Below, in pieces: positions 39,101 to 46,782 of a stretch of 64,000 bases of DNA. Position numbers and translations under genes: made by a program. Every line of letters begins with the position of its first letter. Position 1 is the first letter of the stretch. The notes beneath the pieces were generated by a model. The model was not told where the DNA came from. It did no database searches and worked only from the letters and a program-made list of their open reading frames with translations. This stretch comes from Botryllus schlosseri (Eukaryota), in contig CM119374.1 in NCBI GenBank assembly GCA_051294905.1, positions 20,894,001 to 20,958,000 on the forward strand, in the 5' to 3' direction.

Positions 39101-42100
39101 TGACCATATATCTGCTGCCGATCAATGAATTGTTTGACGAATTCATTTCATACTGTTTATTTACTCGGCAAGTTGAACCAATATCGACGCAAATATACGT
39201 AACAGAATGGGATTTTAGAGGTTACGGTTGCGGTTTTGGCGGTTTATTTGCGAAAGCCGCCCTTTACCCGGATCGTTTGCGTAATGTCGGTCATATACTA
39301 CGAGAGGTGTGAATCGTAAGTAGATCGTAGATGACGTTAAGTTTTTAGAATTTCGTAAATACCAATAACTGCAATATCACTCAAGCAGTCTCTACGTTGT
39401 ACCGGTGCGTATCAATTTGTCATCGATGACTCAGCAATGCCTTGCAGTTACTGATGACGAAACGCGTCAAGAAATTGCTGAAAATCGCGCGGAAACGCAA
39501 GATTATAGGAATATAGCTGCAATGCCGTTCGGCTGGAAATAGATTTATGACGTTTTGTCGCACCTGCGACATTTGTCATGTCACGAGTGTCACACGAAGT
39601 CTCCGCACCACCTCGCCTACTTAAAAACCACACGAACCCGATCAAAATATTGAGCTCACGTTCAAGACACGCGCAACGCCGCGGTTGTAACCTGATATCG
39701 CTATCGCGAAGGAAACTTTCATCCACTTGATTATAGGACTGTGCGACAACTGTTATGGTTGAAACAATTTTAAAGATTCGCATCACGTTGTCACCGTTTC
39801 GTGTCGCGCTCGGCGTGTGACCCGGCCTAGTTCGCTCCAAGTCTAAACGTTCGGAAAAGTTATGTTATGAAATTATGAGTTAGGGTTGGACACAATGATT
39901 TGAGTATAATCCAATCCAAATCGAGTATTACTGGCAATGATTCGAATAGGGTAATTAGAATGAGACGAATTTTTAGAGTAGGCCTACTGAAATTATACGC
40001 CCTTGTCACAAAGAATTTTACTATGAGCGAGAATTATCGCTTCGACACTTTCTTCCCATCTGAGGAATCGTGAAACCTCGATTGTCCGTGCTTGAGCAAT
40101 TACAATATGTCCCACAAAGCTACGGACATTAGTGAAAACGAAATTTCTGCAGTCGTTATCTACTTCAAGCATTTACACAAAGCTCAATGAGATAACGGTG
40201 GTAAAAACTAACACATGATTTTAAATGTGGTATACAACTAGCATCATTTTCCTTTGTGGTCACCTAAAACGTACATGTTGGAACTTTTCTAACCATTTAT
40301 ACTGTCATGACGTCACAACGAATTCTACTCGACTTCACCCAGTCGCGTTATGCCTTGAATTAGTTTACAGAATTATTCGAATGGATGCGGGTGCTATGCG
40401 GAATCCTACGGGGGAAATTGTGTCGACAGGTTTTTAAAGGCGTATCGCGAATGATTTCTTAACTAGCCTAGAGCTTCTTGGAGGTACAGAACTTCAATAT
40501 ACAATTGAATAGTATATTCATATTGAAATGAACCCGAATATTTTCGGCTGACACTCGTCAGGGGTAATCGTCAGCAACTAGTAGAGAGCTTCTTGGAGGT
40601 ACAGAACTTAATATACAATTGAATATAATATTCATATCGCAATGAACCCGAATATTTTCGGCAGACAGTCGTCAGGGGTAATACTAGTTGCAGACGATTA
40701 CCCCTGACGAGTGTCAGTAGAAAATATTCGGTTTTTTTTTTCAATTTGAATATACTATTCTATACTATTATCATTAGCATAGAATAGTATTATCATACTA
40801 TTAGTAGAGATTTGGTAAGAACATTGTATATCAGCAATCGTATCACAAAATATGACGTCACCAGCATGAAATGAGATCTTAAATAAGAGAGCGTTAAATG
40901 TACTATTCTACTTCAACATTATTGTAAGATAGTACACGAACTCCTTTTGTAGACAAAGCTTGGGGCGATATATTTTGATAAAGGTCGACTCCGTGGCACA
41001 CAGATGAAAGTATGAGCGGCCACTTACGATGACGCGAAATCTGTCGTATCGATAATTTTTCGCACAAGCTGGATTATCCAACAGATGTTTGCCAATGGCA
41101 GAAGTTATGGCCTTTGAACGCTCAGCGTCAAGCTTGAGCGGATGAGTCAAGGGTGAACTTTTCACCGAGCGTGATGCACGCGTTTAGGGACATACCGGTT
41201 TATGCGTTTGCAGGTTTATGCGTTTTCGTTTCGTTGGGAGGGGCCGCTCACACTTTCATCTGTGTGCCTTGGAGTCGACCTTCATCAAAATACATTAGCC
41301 CCAGCTTTGTCTACAAAAGGATTTCGTGTACCATCTTAAAATAGAACATTGAACGTTCTCTTATTTGAGATCTCATTTCATGCTGGTGACGTCATAGTTT
41401 GTGATACGATTGTTGATATACAATGATCTTTCCAATTCTGGACTAGTTGCTGACGATTACCCCTGACGAGTGTCAGCCGAAAATATTCGGGTCCATTCCA
41501 ACTATTCAATTAACTCGCCCAATCAACGTTCAATTCAGGTCGAGTCAATCAATTTCACAACACAAACACATTTGCGACCTTCTCATTAACGACAAGCTAC
41601 CGCATCCGTCTTTACGAAGGTTGAATATTCGCCTGATTGGTATTGCTGGAAGCAGGATGTTAGATTTACGGGCGGTTAATTCACGAATCGCGAGCGTTAC
41701 ACGAGTCCACCAGGGCTCCTAGCCCACGAAATTTATACGATGTATTTATGTTACTATAACATTTGAGTGCATCATGCCAGGCAATTGGATGTTTGTACCT
41801 ATATAATTTGACGTTACGGGCGTACCCTAATCCTTCCTTGTAAGCGAAAATCGGAGTGTCACGGAGACATGGACCTCAAAAGATTTGCTGCTATTTCGAA
41901 CTGGCAGCTATGATACGATAGTACGCTTACTTTCAATTGAAGTTATAATTTAATTTGACCAATAATGTTGTCTTGTGTATACGAGAGACTCATGCGACCA
42001 CAAAAAAGCAATTTCTTGGATCTAAAGATTCGCCGACTGCACTGCCCAGGGAAGGCTAATGGCATCCAATAAAAGCAAGGGAGATTCCAAACCAATAGCT

Positions 42101-43605
42101 ATCTCTCAGTGATGTAATTCATTTTGAGTGCCCATATACATCATACACAAACAGTTTGTGACCATTATCACATTCCGTGCCGTGAAATTGTGCCAATTAC
42201 ACTATATTTCCGCTATTTCGAGGGAACCATCACAATTCCCTGCGTACAACTTATTACTACGGTTCTATGACTTTTACGACATTTATTAAACTACTGAAGT
42301 AGTGAAAATTCAACCATTACTGTGTTTTATAAAGCATACGATAAATGATGATAGCGTGACACAAGAAACAGAAAACATGGAATATACTTCATGCCCGATT
42401 TTGAGTTAGACCGAGTATTTGCCGACCATATCGCTGGGTTAATACATTAATCGCGTTTTATCAACGCACATAGCGAATACGTCGGCTTTTATGTATATTT
42501 AAGTTAATAGCATAAAGTAGAAGAAACATATTTACGTGTGACGTAATAACAATTGATAGAACTTCGACGCTTTCACGCTAACAGCTAGCCCTGCTGCTGT
42601 CGACCAGTTAACGAGAACACATACCGCAATACCAATGAAATAGTAGGAACAAAACAAGTGTGGCCTGCGGACTAATAAATTAATTTTACGCGTTAGTGCT
42701 TCTGTGTTGCGTTGTGAAGTATTGGAATCGTAGAGGGCGTAAGTGAATTTACAGGCAGCGCGAGCCTTGGCGTGCTCCACAACTTATTCTTGGGTGTTCA
42801 ACTCATGCGATGTTACTTTCAAGCAGAATTCATTTCATAATTGTAACAAGGCCTTCTTATCTTAAGCTTGAATTCAGACATCATACTGGTAAAACATTTT
42901 CAGCGCCCGATGTCAGATTGTAAGCTGTCGTTCAGGCTTATCGCATCATGCCCGATGCCCGAGCGTCCAATTTTGTTGGGATCCCTTTTTATTGCAAATG
43001 CATCAATGCAATAAATTAATCTTTCGGCCACAGCATTATAATATTCGGGCGTTTTGTCGTATAATGCCCCACTCGTGAGACCACAATCAGTGCATCATCC
43101 AAGACGAAAATAAAGCCATTGCTACCAACGAAATTCTGCCCTCTATTTTAAGTACGACAAATTGATTTGGAGCATACAGTTCGCACCAACACAGCGTAAT
43201 AAAGTGCGACACCACTGCGAAGGTTTGACTGCAGAGAAATTCAGTGAAGTTGATATCAAATCTGAACCACTTCGGCAAGGTTGAAAGTCGAGGCAGCCAG
43301 TGGTGAAGTTGAAATGAAAATTGTACCTATAAACCCAGATGTCCAAGATCGTAATACTGGGTACTGGGCACTTTTTTCTGATGTGTAGTATGCCTGGAAC
43401 GTGAAAAATAATCCACACACGCTTGGACGCATCAATTCCTGTATACTTGAAGGGCGAAATCGCATGCGCATGCTCGCATTACACAGCAAGGTTGTGCTCT
43501 AACTTATCATTTAAAAAGTCTGTACTCACGTGCGTGTGACGTATGAAACGCAACTATCATGGTGAGGATGAACAGCCACCGTACGGTGGGTGCATGAAAA
43601 GCCAT
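17..43605 (-). CDS. Giant spliced gene (3'-partial): signal peptide - mucin - 20x cbEGF - FN3 - SEA - 5x FN3 - cbEGF; secreted or cell-surface glycoprotein, ~3,290 aa in window
   Basis: 35 exons reconstructed by hand with AG acceptors, GT donors and consistent phases. The frame is open across all joins and the domain motifs are recognisable. It continues beyond position 1. The links of the two 5'-most exons are inferred. Confidence 0.88.
655..825 (+). mobile_element. Solo fragment of the Penelope-like pLTR seen at 40470-41500
   Basis: Colinear similarity to 41400-41500 and to the reverse complement of 40470-40580. Confidence 0.8.
722..755 (+). ncRNA. Minimal type I hammerhead motif, probably inactive (U16.1->C)
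   Basis: GCCC CUGACGA GUGUCAGUC GAAA AUAU CC GGGU. Confidence 0.6.
1076..1315 (-). CDS. FN3 domain 6 (Cys-containing, single exon)
   Basis: PPPVTSAVCGPASATCIGVNFT...DLVSGSSYSVEIKAVNSQCES; 240 nt; ttccag acceptor, gtgaga donor. Confidence 0.82.
2008..2839 (-). CDS. FN3 domain 5; exons 2727-2839 and 2008-2110
   Basis: VGSVTTTTFALSWNAYKSAAAYDVTLDG..Q|TTTSTVIESLVPGSEYLVRVSA; phases 1-0-1. Confidence 0.82.
2896..3156 (-). CDS. FN3 domain 4 (single exon)
   Basis: GPATVSGVSIYNVTTSGFNVEFD...YNVTVAY; the donor at 2895 (gtatat) is the best phase-1 candidate. Confidence 0.8.
3731..4003 (-). CDS. FN3 domain 3 (single exon)
   Basis: GPKNLKVSVLNGSCLTVKFD...LTPETSYDFIVSA; 273 nt, phase 1-1. Confidence 0.9.
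4548..4955 (-). mobile_element. 5'-truncated CR1/L2-type LINE (ORF2 C-terminus, 3'UTR, (TTGAA)n tail)
   Basis: Frameshifted SIKYAGRDL.NSI...SSSLSTFKSKYKHF.LNKY* resembles a LINE ORF2 end; microsatellite tail; same family at ~13000, ~48620 and 61297. Confidence 0.75.
5152..5502 (-). CDS. FN3 domain 2; exons 5389-5502 and 5152-5316
   Basis: APPENLTVSDVTTSSFTLNWD...YEVK|VDY...KDLPSNT...VRAV...SNVSEEVTFTT. Confidence 0.88.
6076..6399 (-). CDS. SEA domain; exons 6240-6399 and 6076-6179
   Basis: RPFEPAFNDLSSPLSIAFTDQL...IRIRIVMLL|PGSTIAVSEI fits the SEA pattern (F...L.D.sS...F and the GSVVV-like site); 60-nt phase-2 intron. Confidence 0.75.
7201..7600 (-). CDS. FN3 domain 1; exons 7509-7600 and 7201-7390
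   Basis: ...RERSARLEI...EYE|IELLDTSG...RDLTPNTTYNARARIV...SEWSVEISFQT; the LxPxTxY motif; phases 1-0-1. Confidence 0.82.
7667..7798 (-). CDS. cbEGF exon 20 (DIDECASEETNDCSLPPAGVCTNEPGAFTCSCGEGYEGDGKNCL)
   Basis: 132 nt, AG/gtatga, phase 1-1. Confidence 0.88.
8285..8407 (-). CDS. cbEGF exon 19 (DIDECALGLHSCHANADC...)
   Basis: 123 nt, AG/GT, phase 1-1. Confidence 0.9.
9320..9442 (-). CDS. cbEGF exon 18 (DFDECQLEIDDCEQNSTC...)
   Basis: 123 nt, AG/gtaagt, phase 1-1. Confidence 0.9.
9645..9767 (-). CDS. cbEGF exon 17 (DLDECAAASDNCNDDANC...)
   Basis: 123 nt, AG/GT (weak gtcaca donor), phase 1-1; not visible in this frame in the ORF track. Confidence 0.87.
10494..10616 (-). CDS. cbEGF exon 16 (DIDECATNMADCHSEANC...)
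   Basis: 123 nt, AG/GT, phase 1-1. Confidence 0.9.
11262..11384 (-). CDS. cbEGF exon 15 (DIDECADQTDDCDSNANC...)
   Basis: 123 nt, AG/GT, phase 1-1. Confidence 0.9.
12162..12284 (-). CDS. cbEGF exon 14 (DINECTTDLHNCDSKADC...)
   Basis: 123 nt, AG/GT (weak gtcctg donor), phase 1-1. Confidence 0.87.
12795..12917 (-). CDS. cbEGF exon 13 (DVDECVDESHDCNEHADC...)
   Basis: 123 nt, AG/GT, phase 1-1. Confidence 0.9.
12998..13112 (-). mobile_element. LINE 3'UTR fragment (same family as 4548-4955)
   Basis: Direct similarity to 4583-4685. Confidence 0.7.
13563..13685 (-). CDS. cbEGF exon 12 (DIDECTGETHNCNVNASC...)
   Basis: 123 nt, AG/GT, phase 1-1. Confidence 0.9.
13993..14115 (-). CDS. cbEGF exon 11 (DIDECTAGTHNCDINAEC...)
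   Basis: 123 nt, AG/GT, phase 1-1. Confidence 0.9.
14493..14615 (-). CDS. cbEGF exon 10 (DINECTTEIHDCDANASC...)
   Basis: 123 nt, AG/GT, phase 1-1. Confidence 0.88.
14728..14850 (-). CDS. cbEGF exon 9 (DIDDCTDGFHDCDDNAEC...)
   Basis: 123 nt, AG/GT, phase 1-1; paralog of exon 5. Confidence 0.9.
14916..15038 (-). CDS. cbEGF exon 8 (DINECSSGVENCHMNADC...)
   Basis: 123 nt, AG/GT, phase 1-1; paralog of exon 4. Confidence 0.88.
15280..15402 (-). CDS. cbEGF exon 7 (DIDDCTTGTHDCSSSANC...)
   Basis: 123 nt, AG/GT, phase 1-1; paralog of exon 3. Confidence 0.9.
16140..16262 (-). CDS. cbEGF exon 6 (DINECATGTSNCHDNADC...)
   Basis: 123 nt, AG/GT, phase 1-1; paralog of exon 2. Confidence 0.9.
16639..17437. 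mobile_element. hAT-type MITE, TIR TAGGGCGATTTTTT
   Basis: Perfect 8-bp TSD CTAATCAG (16631-38, 17438-45); second copy inverted at 49916-50766. Confidence 0.9.
18003..18125 (-). CDS. cbEGF exon 5 (DIDDCTDGLHNCDDNAEC...)
   Basis: 123 nt, AG/GT (weak gttcag donor), phase 1-1. Confidence 0.85.
18191..18313 (-). CDS. cbEGF exon 4 (DINECSSDVDNCHMNADC...)
   Basis: 123 nt, AG/GT, phase 1-1. Confidence 0.88.
18463..18585 (-). CDS. cbEGF exon 3 (DIDDCATGTHNCSSSANC...)
   Basis: 123 nt, AG/GT, phase 1-1. Confidence 0.9.
19244..19366 (-). CDS. cbEGF exon 2 (DIDECATGTSNCHDNADCENING...)
   Basis: 123 nt, AG/GT, phase 1-1, D-I-D-E-C consensus. Confidence 0.9.
19449..19950. mobile_element. MITE with degenerate (A)GGGCTGG TIR and ACTCGA-rich subterminal repeats
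   Basis: Flanked by the direct repeat AGTTATT(A); absent from the paralogous intron near 16340. Confidence 0.8.
20266..20690. mobile_element. Truncated copy of the CATAG foldback element
   Basis: Left arm matches 30470 onward; internal palindrome centred near 20550; right arm incomplete. Confidence 0.8.
20974..21099 (-). CDS. EGF exon 1 (LSDECELETHNCDPDASCNDTADSYVCTCNTGFSGNGTSCE)
   Basis: 126 nt, AG/GT, phase 1-1, 6-Cys EGF. Confidence 0.9.
21901..27240 (-). CDS. 5,340-nt mucin exon (1,780 codons; Thr/Ser/Asp/Glu/Asn-rich 27-aa repeats)
   Basis: ORF 21821..27151 extended 5' to the acceptor tgatacacag|AA; donor A|gtgagt at 21900; phase 1-1; units like SENITDLSTAEYETTTDLASNVTSTIS. Confidence 0.92.
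28036..28952. repeat. GACTCGAGTC-rich TIR element(s) in inverted arrangement (arms ~28102-28453 and ~28590-28952)
   Basis: The arms are reverse complements; starts CAGGGTTGTAAC; a related fragment lies at ~12415-12530. Confidence 0.8.
29925..30055 (-). mobile_element. 3' fragment of the tRNA-derived SINE
   Basis: Matches the 3' half of 37924-38193 and 53564-53814. Confidence 0.75.
30470..30983. mobile_element. Foldback (near-fully palindromic) element, CATAG...CTATG termini, P-superfamily-like
   Basis: ~250-bp inverted arms; 7-bp TSD GTGGAAT/GTGGAAG. Confidence 0.8.
31104..31369. mobile_element. hAT-type MITE, TIR CAGAGGTGGTC, CTACTT-rich
   Basis: Perfect 8-bp TSD CACGTAAC; longer family members at ~46280-47087 and 54730-55900, fragments elsewhere. 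Confidence 0.9.
32929..33368. mobile_element. MITE, TIR TAGGGCAAGTTTTT, TTGCAAC repeats
   Basis: Inverted termini visible; TSD only partial (CTGATAAC/GTGATATA). Confidence 0.75.
33570..33602 (-). CDS. 33-nt micro-exon (Q)SDEEGSGAGE
   Basis: Pyrimidine-rich ctcaatttag acceptor, gtaggt donor, phase 1-1, in frame with the signal and mucin exons; acidic Ser-Gly motif. Confidence 0.6.
34685..35650. mobile_element. hAT MITE (CAGGGGTCACC...GGCGACCCTG) with a nested CAGTGGTTC MITE at 34964-35286
   Basis: 8-bp TSD ATCTAGGC/ATCTAAGC with central TA; the inner element has TIRs but no clear TSD. Confidence 0.8.
37924..38193 (-). mobile_element. tRNA-derived SINE, full length
   Basis: tRNA-like head, (AAC)n tail, 12-bp TSD ACGCGAGTTGGT. 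Confidence 0.88.
40532..40565 (-). ncRNA. Minimal type I hammerhead ribozyme, core intact
   Basis: ACCC CUGACGA G-UGUCAGC-C GAAA AUAU UC GGGU; predicted cut after C at 40536. Confidence 0.8.
40646..40679 (-). ncRNA. Hammerhead motif, tandem copy with G10.1->C
   Basis: ACCC CUGACGA CUGUCUGCC GAAA AUAU UC GGGU. Confidence 0.6.
40700..40733 (+). ncRNA. Hammerhead motif, locally inverted copy with C11.1->A
   Basis: ACCC CUGACGA GUGUCAGUA GAAA AUAU UC GGUU. Confidence 0.55.
40908..41225 (-). pseudogene. Penelope-like GIY-YIG endonuclease C-terminal fragment
   Basis: RINRYVPK (cf. RIxQHVP), then after a frameshift SAIGKHLLDNPACAKNY...F.VI...RS.FHL...E..FIK...PKLCLQKEFVY.L*. Confidence 0.85.
41459..41492 (+). 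ncRNA. Minimal type I hammerhead ribozyme, core intact
   Basis: ACCC CUGACGA G-UGUCAGC-C GAAA AUAU UC GGGU; predicted cut after C at 41488. Confidence 0.8.
43530..43605 (-). CDS. Putative first coding exon: signal peptide MAFHAPTVRWLFILTMIVAFHTSHA
   Basis: ATG, hydrophobic core, S-H-A cleavage motif, consensus donor C|gtgagt in phase 1 matching the downstream phase-1 exons. Confidence 0.7.
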
Positions 43606-43654
43606 ATCCTTGTGCACAGGTTGGAACCCCACTCACAGATCGTTTCACAAGTTG

Positions 43655-43672
43655 TGCCGTCTTATAAAAGTA
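43655..43672 (-). promoter_or_regulatory. Possible TATA box (minus-strand TTTTATAAGA) ~60 nt upstream of the ATG
   Basis: Position only; imperfect consensus. Confidence 0.3.
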
Positions 43673-44443
43673 TCCTATAAATGCGATTACTTATATCCTG
43701 CCAAGAGAGAATATCAATAGACCAACAAGTCAAAAGCAATATATAGGTTTTGGATAGTTTACGCTGGCGCGGATAGTTACAAGTTGACATATCAGGAATC
43801 ATATTAGGGAATATTGGGCTTGCGGCAATGACCACAGAAGCAGTCGACACACCATAAGCACCAAAACAACAACTCGCGCGAAATATAATGCGGGAAGAAC
43901 TCCAGTGATTTAAATTACACATAAATATCAGATATAGCATCTCCCGGATAGCATGGAGGAGGGATGAAAGACTTTGAAAGCCTTACAAGGCTATATCAGT
44001 ACCATCCTTGTCCAGTGTCAAGTGTCCATCGGCATAGGCACATCATGCACATCGTGGTATGCATAGCACAGATTGTGTATATGTAGGCTATGTCATTAGT
44101 CGGTGTGTATGCCGCAAACATCAGAAACAAAAGTATATAACGTCCTATTCCCATCCTAATTTCAAACACCCTCCCATGCCACACAGGTCCGTGGTCGGGC
44201 GAAACCTCAGAACGTTACTTATGCAGCTCAAACTACTGTTAAAGGAATCGTGTTTAAGAAAGATATTAACTATTTTCCATCGGAGGCAAGCAAGACGTGG
44301 AAACCGAATCATAAACTCGATTGAACGAATACACTGCTGCATCGATAATTGTGATTTTGTGTTCCTCGTCGTTGTCGCTTAATTGAAATCACGTCCTCAA
44401 ACCTTTGATGAGGTTTGCGGGCGGCATAATGTAGATTGTAGAG

Positions 44444-44780
44444 CACTGGTTCTTAACCTTTACTAACCTAGGGAAAACTTTCGCTAATCCGAAGCCTTCG
44501 GGAACGCCAAATTTTCCCCCGAGTCATAATAACAAAAATCTACCACAATAGACAACTAACTAAACATCTAATACACTACTATAGATTACTGGTGCACGAA
44601 ATGAACTGCACATCAAAGGAATGTTATATGATTTTCACACAAGACGAAAACATTATACTGAATATTTGTTGCAAATCATTGTTACTTTCTGCTATTCCCT
44701 TTCAGATACCAGTTCAGGAACTTGAGGCTTCACTTTGACAGGGGTCATCGTATTGTTCGGCCGAAACGCAAGAGCTTGAC
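44444..44780 (-). mobile_element. hAT (Buster-like) end fragment with transposase C-terminus
   Basis: TIR CACTGGTTCTTAACC; minus-strand KVKPQVPELVSERE*QK, similar to 51170-51225. Confidence 0.6.
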
Positions 44781-46505
44781 ACCGCTTGCAAACGAGTAGG
44801 CTAATGCACGTTTCATCTCGGATAGACTCTCTACGTGCAGTACATCTCAAGCGATTTGACGGGTCGCATTTCCCAGTTTCCCACCTCACGGCCCTGTAGA
44901 TCATGTCCACCTTCATCCGATTTGACACATTCCTCACATGAAATTTACCACATTACGAACAGACAGGCAGGCCGACACGTAAACGTAACGAGTGAGTAGA
45001 CGGCACATTAGCTTCGGTTAACTTTAGAAATGTCTACTAGATCCGCACGCTTTCAATCGCGACTCTTCAAATCGACTACCAACCGTAAACACGTTATCCG
45101 CATAGCAGAGTATGAATGCGGAATAATAAAAAAAACATTTCTGACTGTTTAAATCGCATTTAACACATAAATATATGTAACTGTTCAAGTTCTCGCAATC
45201 TAGTACTGTCAGCTACAGAACGCTCCAGATCCTAAATTTCAATCAGCCTAAATTGCCAACTTATGATGTGATTGCTTCGGCGTCTCTAAAGTACCGATTG
45301 CAGCAAATGTATTTCACATTAATCATCACTAGTTTCTAAAACATAAACTTTATCATATTTCCTATGCAACGGACGAACTCGTCTCGCCGTGCGTCAGGGA
45401 ACCAACAGCCACCGCACACTCGTGTGAATTTGACCCATTCCAGCTCGAATAGTCGCATGTTATTATTATGATTCATAGATGTCGATTGTCGGCTTGTCCA
45501 CCGAGCTCCAGTAGACCTAGTGCGTGTAATTGATAATATACAACGTTCATTTATAAGCAAGTTACTTCCAGCTGTATGCAATGTGATATAAGTGAACTGA
45601 TAGCGGTATAGGGCTGTAGGGTTTGTGGGATATAATCAGGGTTAAAAAGCGGTTGATCTTATGCATTATTGCTACTAGAGTGTAAGCAAAGGTATGGTCG
45701 GGTCGTTTGGAGTGCATCCGCCTTATCGTAAATAAAACGCTATTCAAGCCAAATTATTTACACATTTCAGGGTTTCCAATTTCTAATGACGGCCGAATTT
45801 TTCACGATTCAGCATGTACTTGTAGAATGAAATAAACTCTGGATGAACTAAACACGTACGGACCGATCAAAGAATTGACGAAATGCTTCAGCTGTGAAGG
45901 GATAATCACGAATATCAAATCTACGATTACTTTCCGTTTTTCTTGTGTATGGGAATTGGGCAATCGCAATCCTTTGAAATAGATGGAACAGAGATTGACA
46001 TTCTTCAACTGTAACGACGAAACATGAAAGCCCATAGAATGGGTGGCACATTATCAAAACGAGCTATGTTTGACGATCGCAATAGCGACGGAATTGCACT
46101 ATAGGGGGAACGAGTCGTGATGACTTAGAATGAACTGGATATCGAAAACCATCAACACGTTCCACTTTAACCAGAACAGTTCTAGCGAGCCCTCGTATAT
46201 TTAGTATATATGAATGGTCGACATATTATTACATATCCGGTAGGAGAATCTATTTCTAACAGATATACTTGCGACCAGATGTGGTCGTGGTCAGTAACGA
46301 AGTATATTTATCTTTCACAGTACTCCTCTAGGTTTTGGCTATACTTACACTATTTACTCAAGCAGATAGGTTTTTCAGCTACTTTCTCTCATACTGACTT
46401 TTTACAGTTTAGATTTATTTTCAAAGTAGAAAGTAGTTCTAGGTATAGGCCTCGTTTTAAGATATGTTTGCATCACTGTTATGAGTTAAATTATCACAAC
46501 AACTG

Positions 46506-46782
46506 GGCGAAGTAGTGGCATAGTGGTATATTCCACAGCTGCGACACTAATGGGTTGTGGGTTCGATCCCACCGAGGTCCACTCCAGAATTCCTGCCTAA
46601 GTGTTGGAGGTTATTTAGGCTCGTCCTCGCCACTCGTCCGTGTAAGCGGTGTCTTATAAAAGCCTAGAAGTGGGCCGTGCTACAAGTCGGCAGCTACGGA
46701 ATAAGAATGAAGATAATTGGCCTGGTGTGAATGAACGAACACAGTAGTCAACAACCAACATGAATGCCGCAAAACAACAACT
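46506..46782 (+). mobile_element. tRNA-derived SINE inserted in a CAGAGGTGG-family MITE (~46280-47087)
   Basis: A box TGGCATAGTGG, B box GGTTCGATCCC, (AAC)n tail, ~10-bp TSD ACAACAACTG. Confidence 0.88.

Larger units (their letters stand above)
40466..41500. mobile_element. Penelope-like retroelement remnant with inverted and tandem pLTR pieces
   Basis: GIY-YIG C-terminus; ~40802-41015 is the reverse complement of ~41240-41445; 115-bp tandem units at 40471 and 40586; hammerhead motifs. Confidence 0.85.

Noticed and set aside
39450-39475. CTGATGA-C-GAAA-CGCG-TC hammerhead-like string
   Set aside because: No stem II between the core segments and no convincing stem I; cannot fold as a hammerhead as it stands
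46506-46575. tRNA gene (also at 56369, ~38130-38190, ~53750-53810)
   Set aside because: A/B boxes are present but there is no cloverleaf or acceptor stem; they continue into a shared SINE body with TSDs
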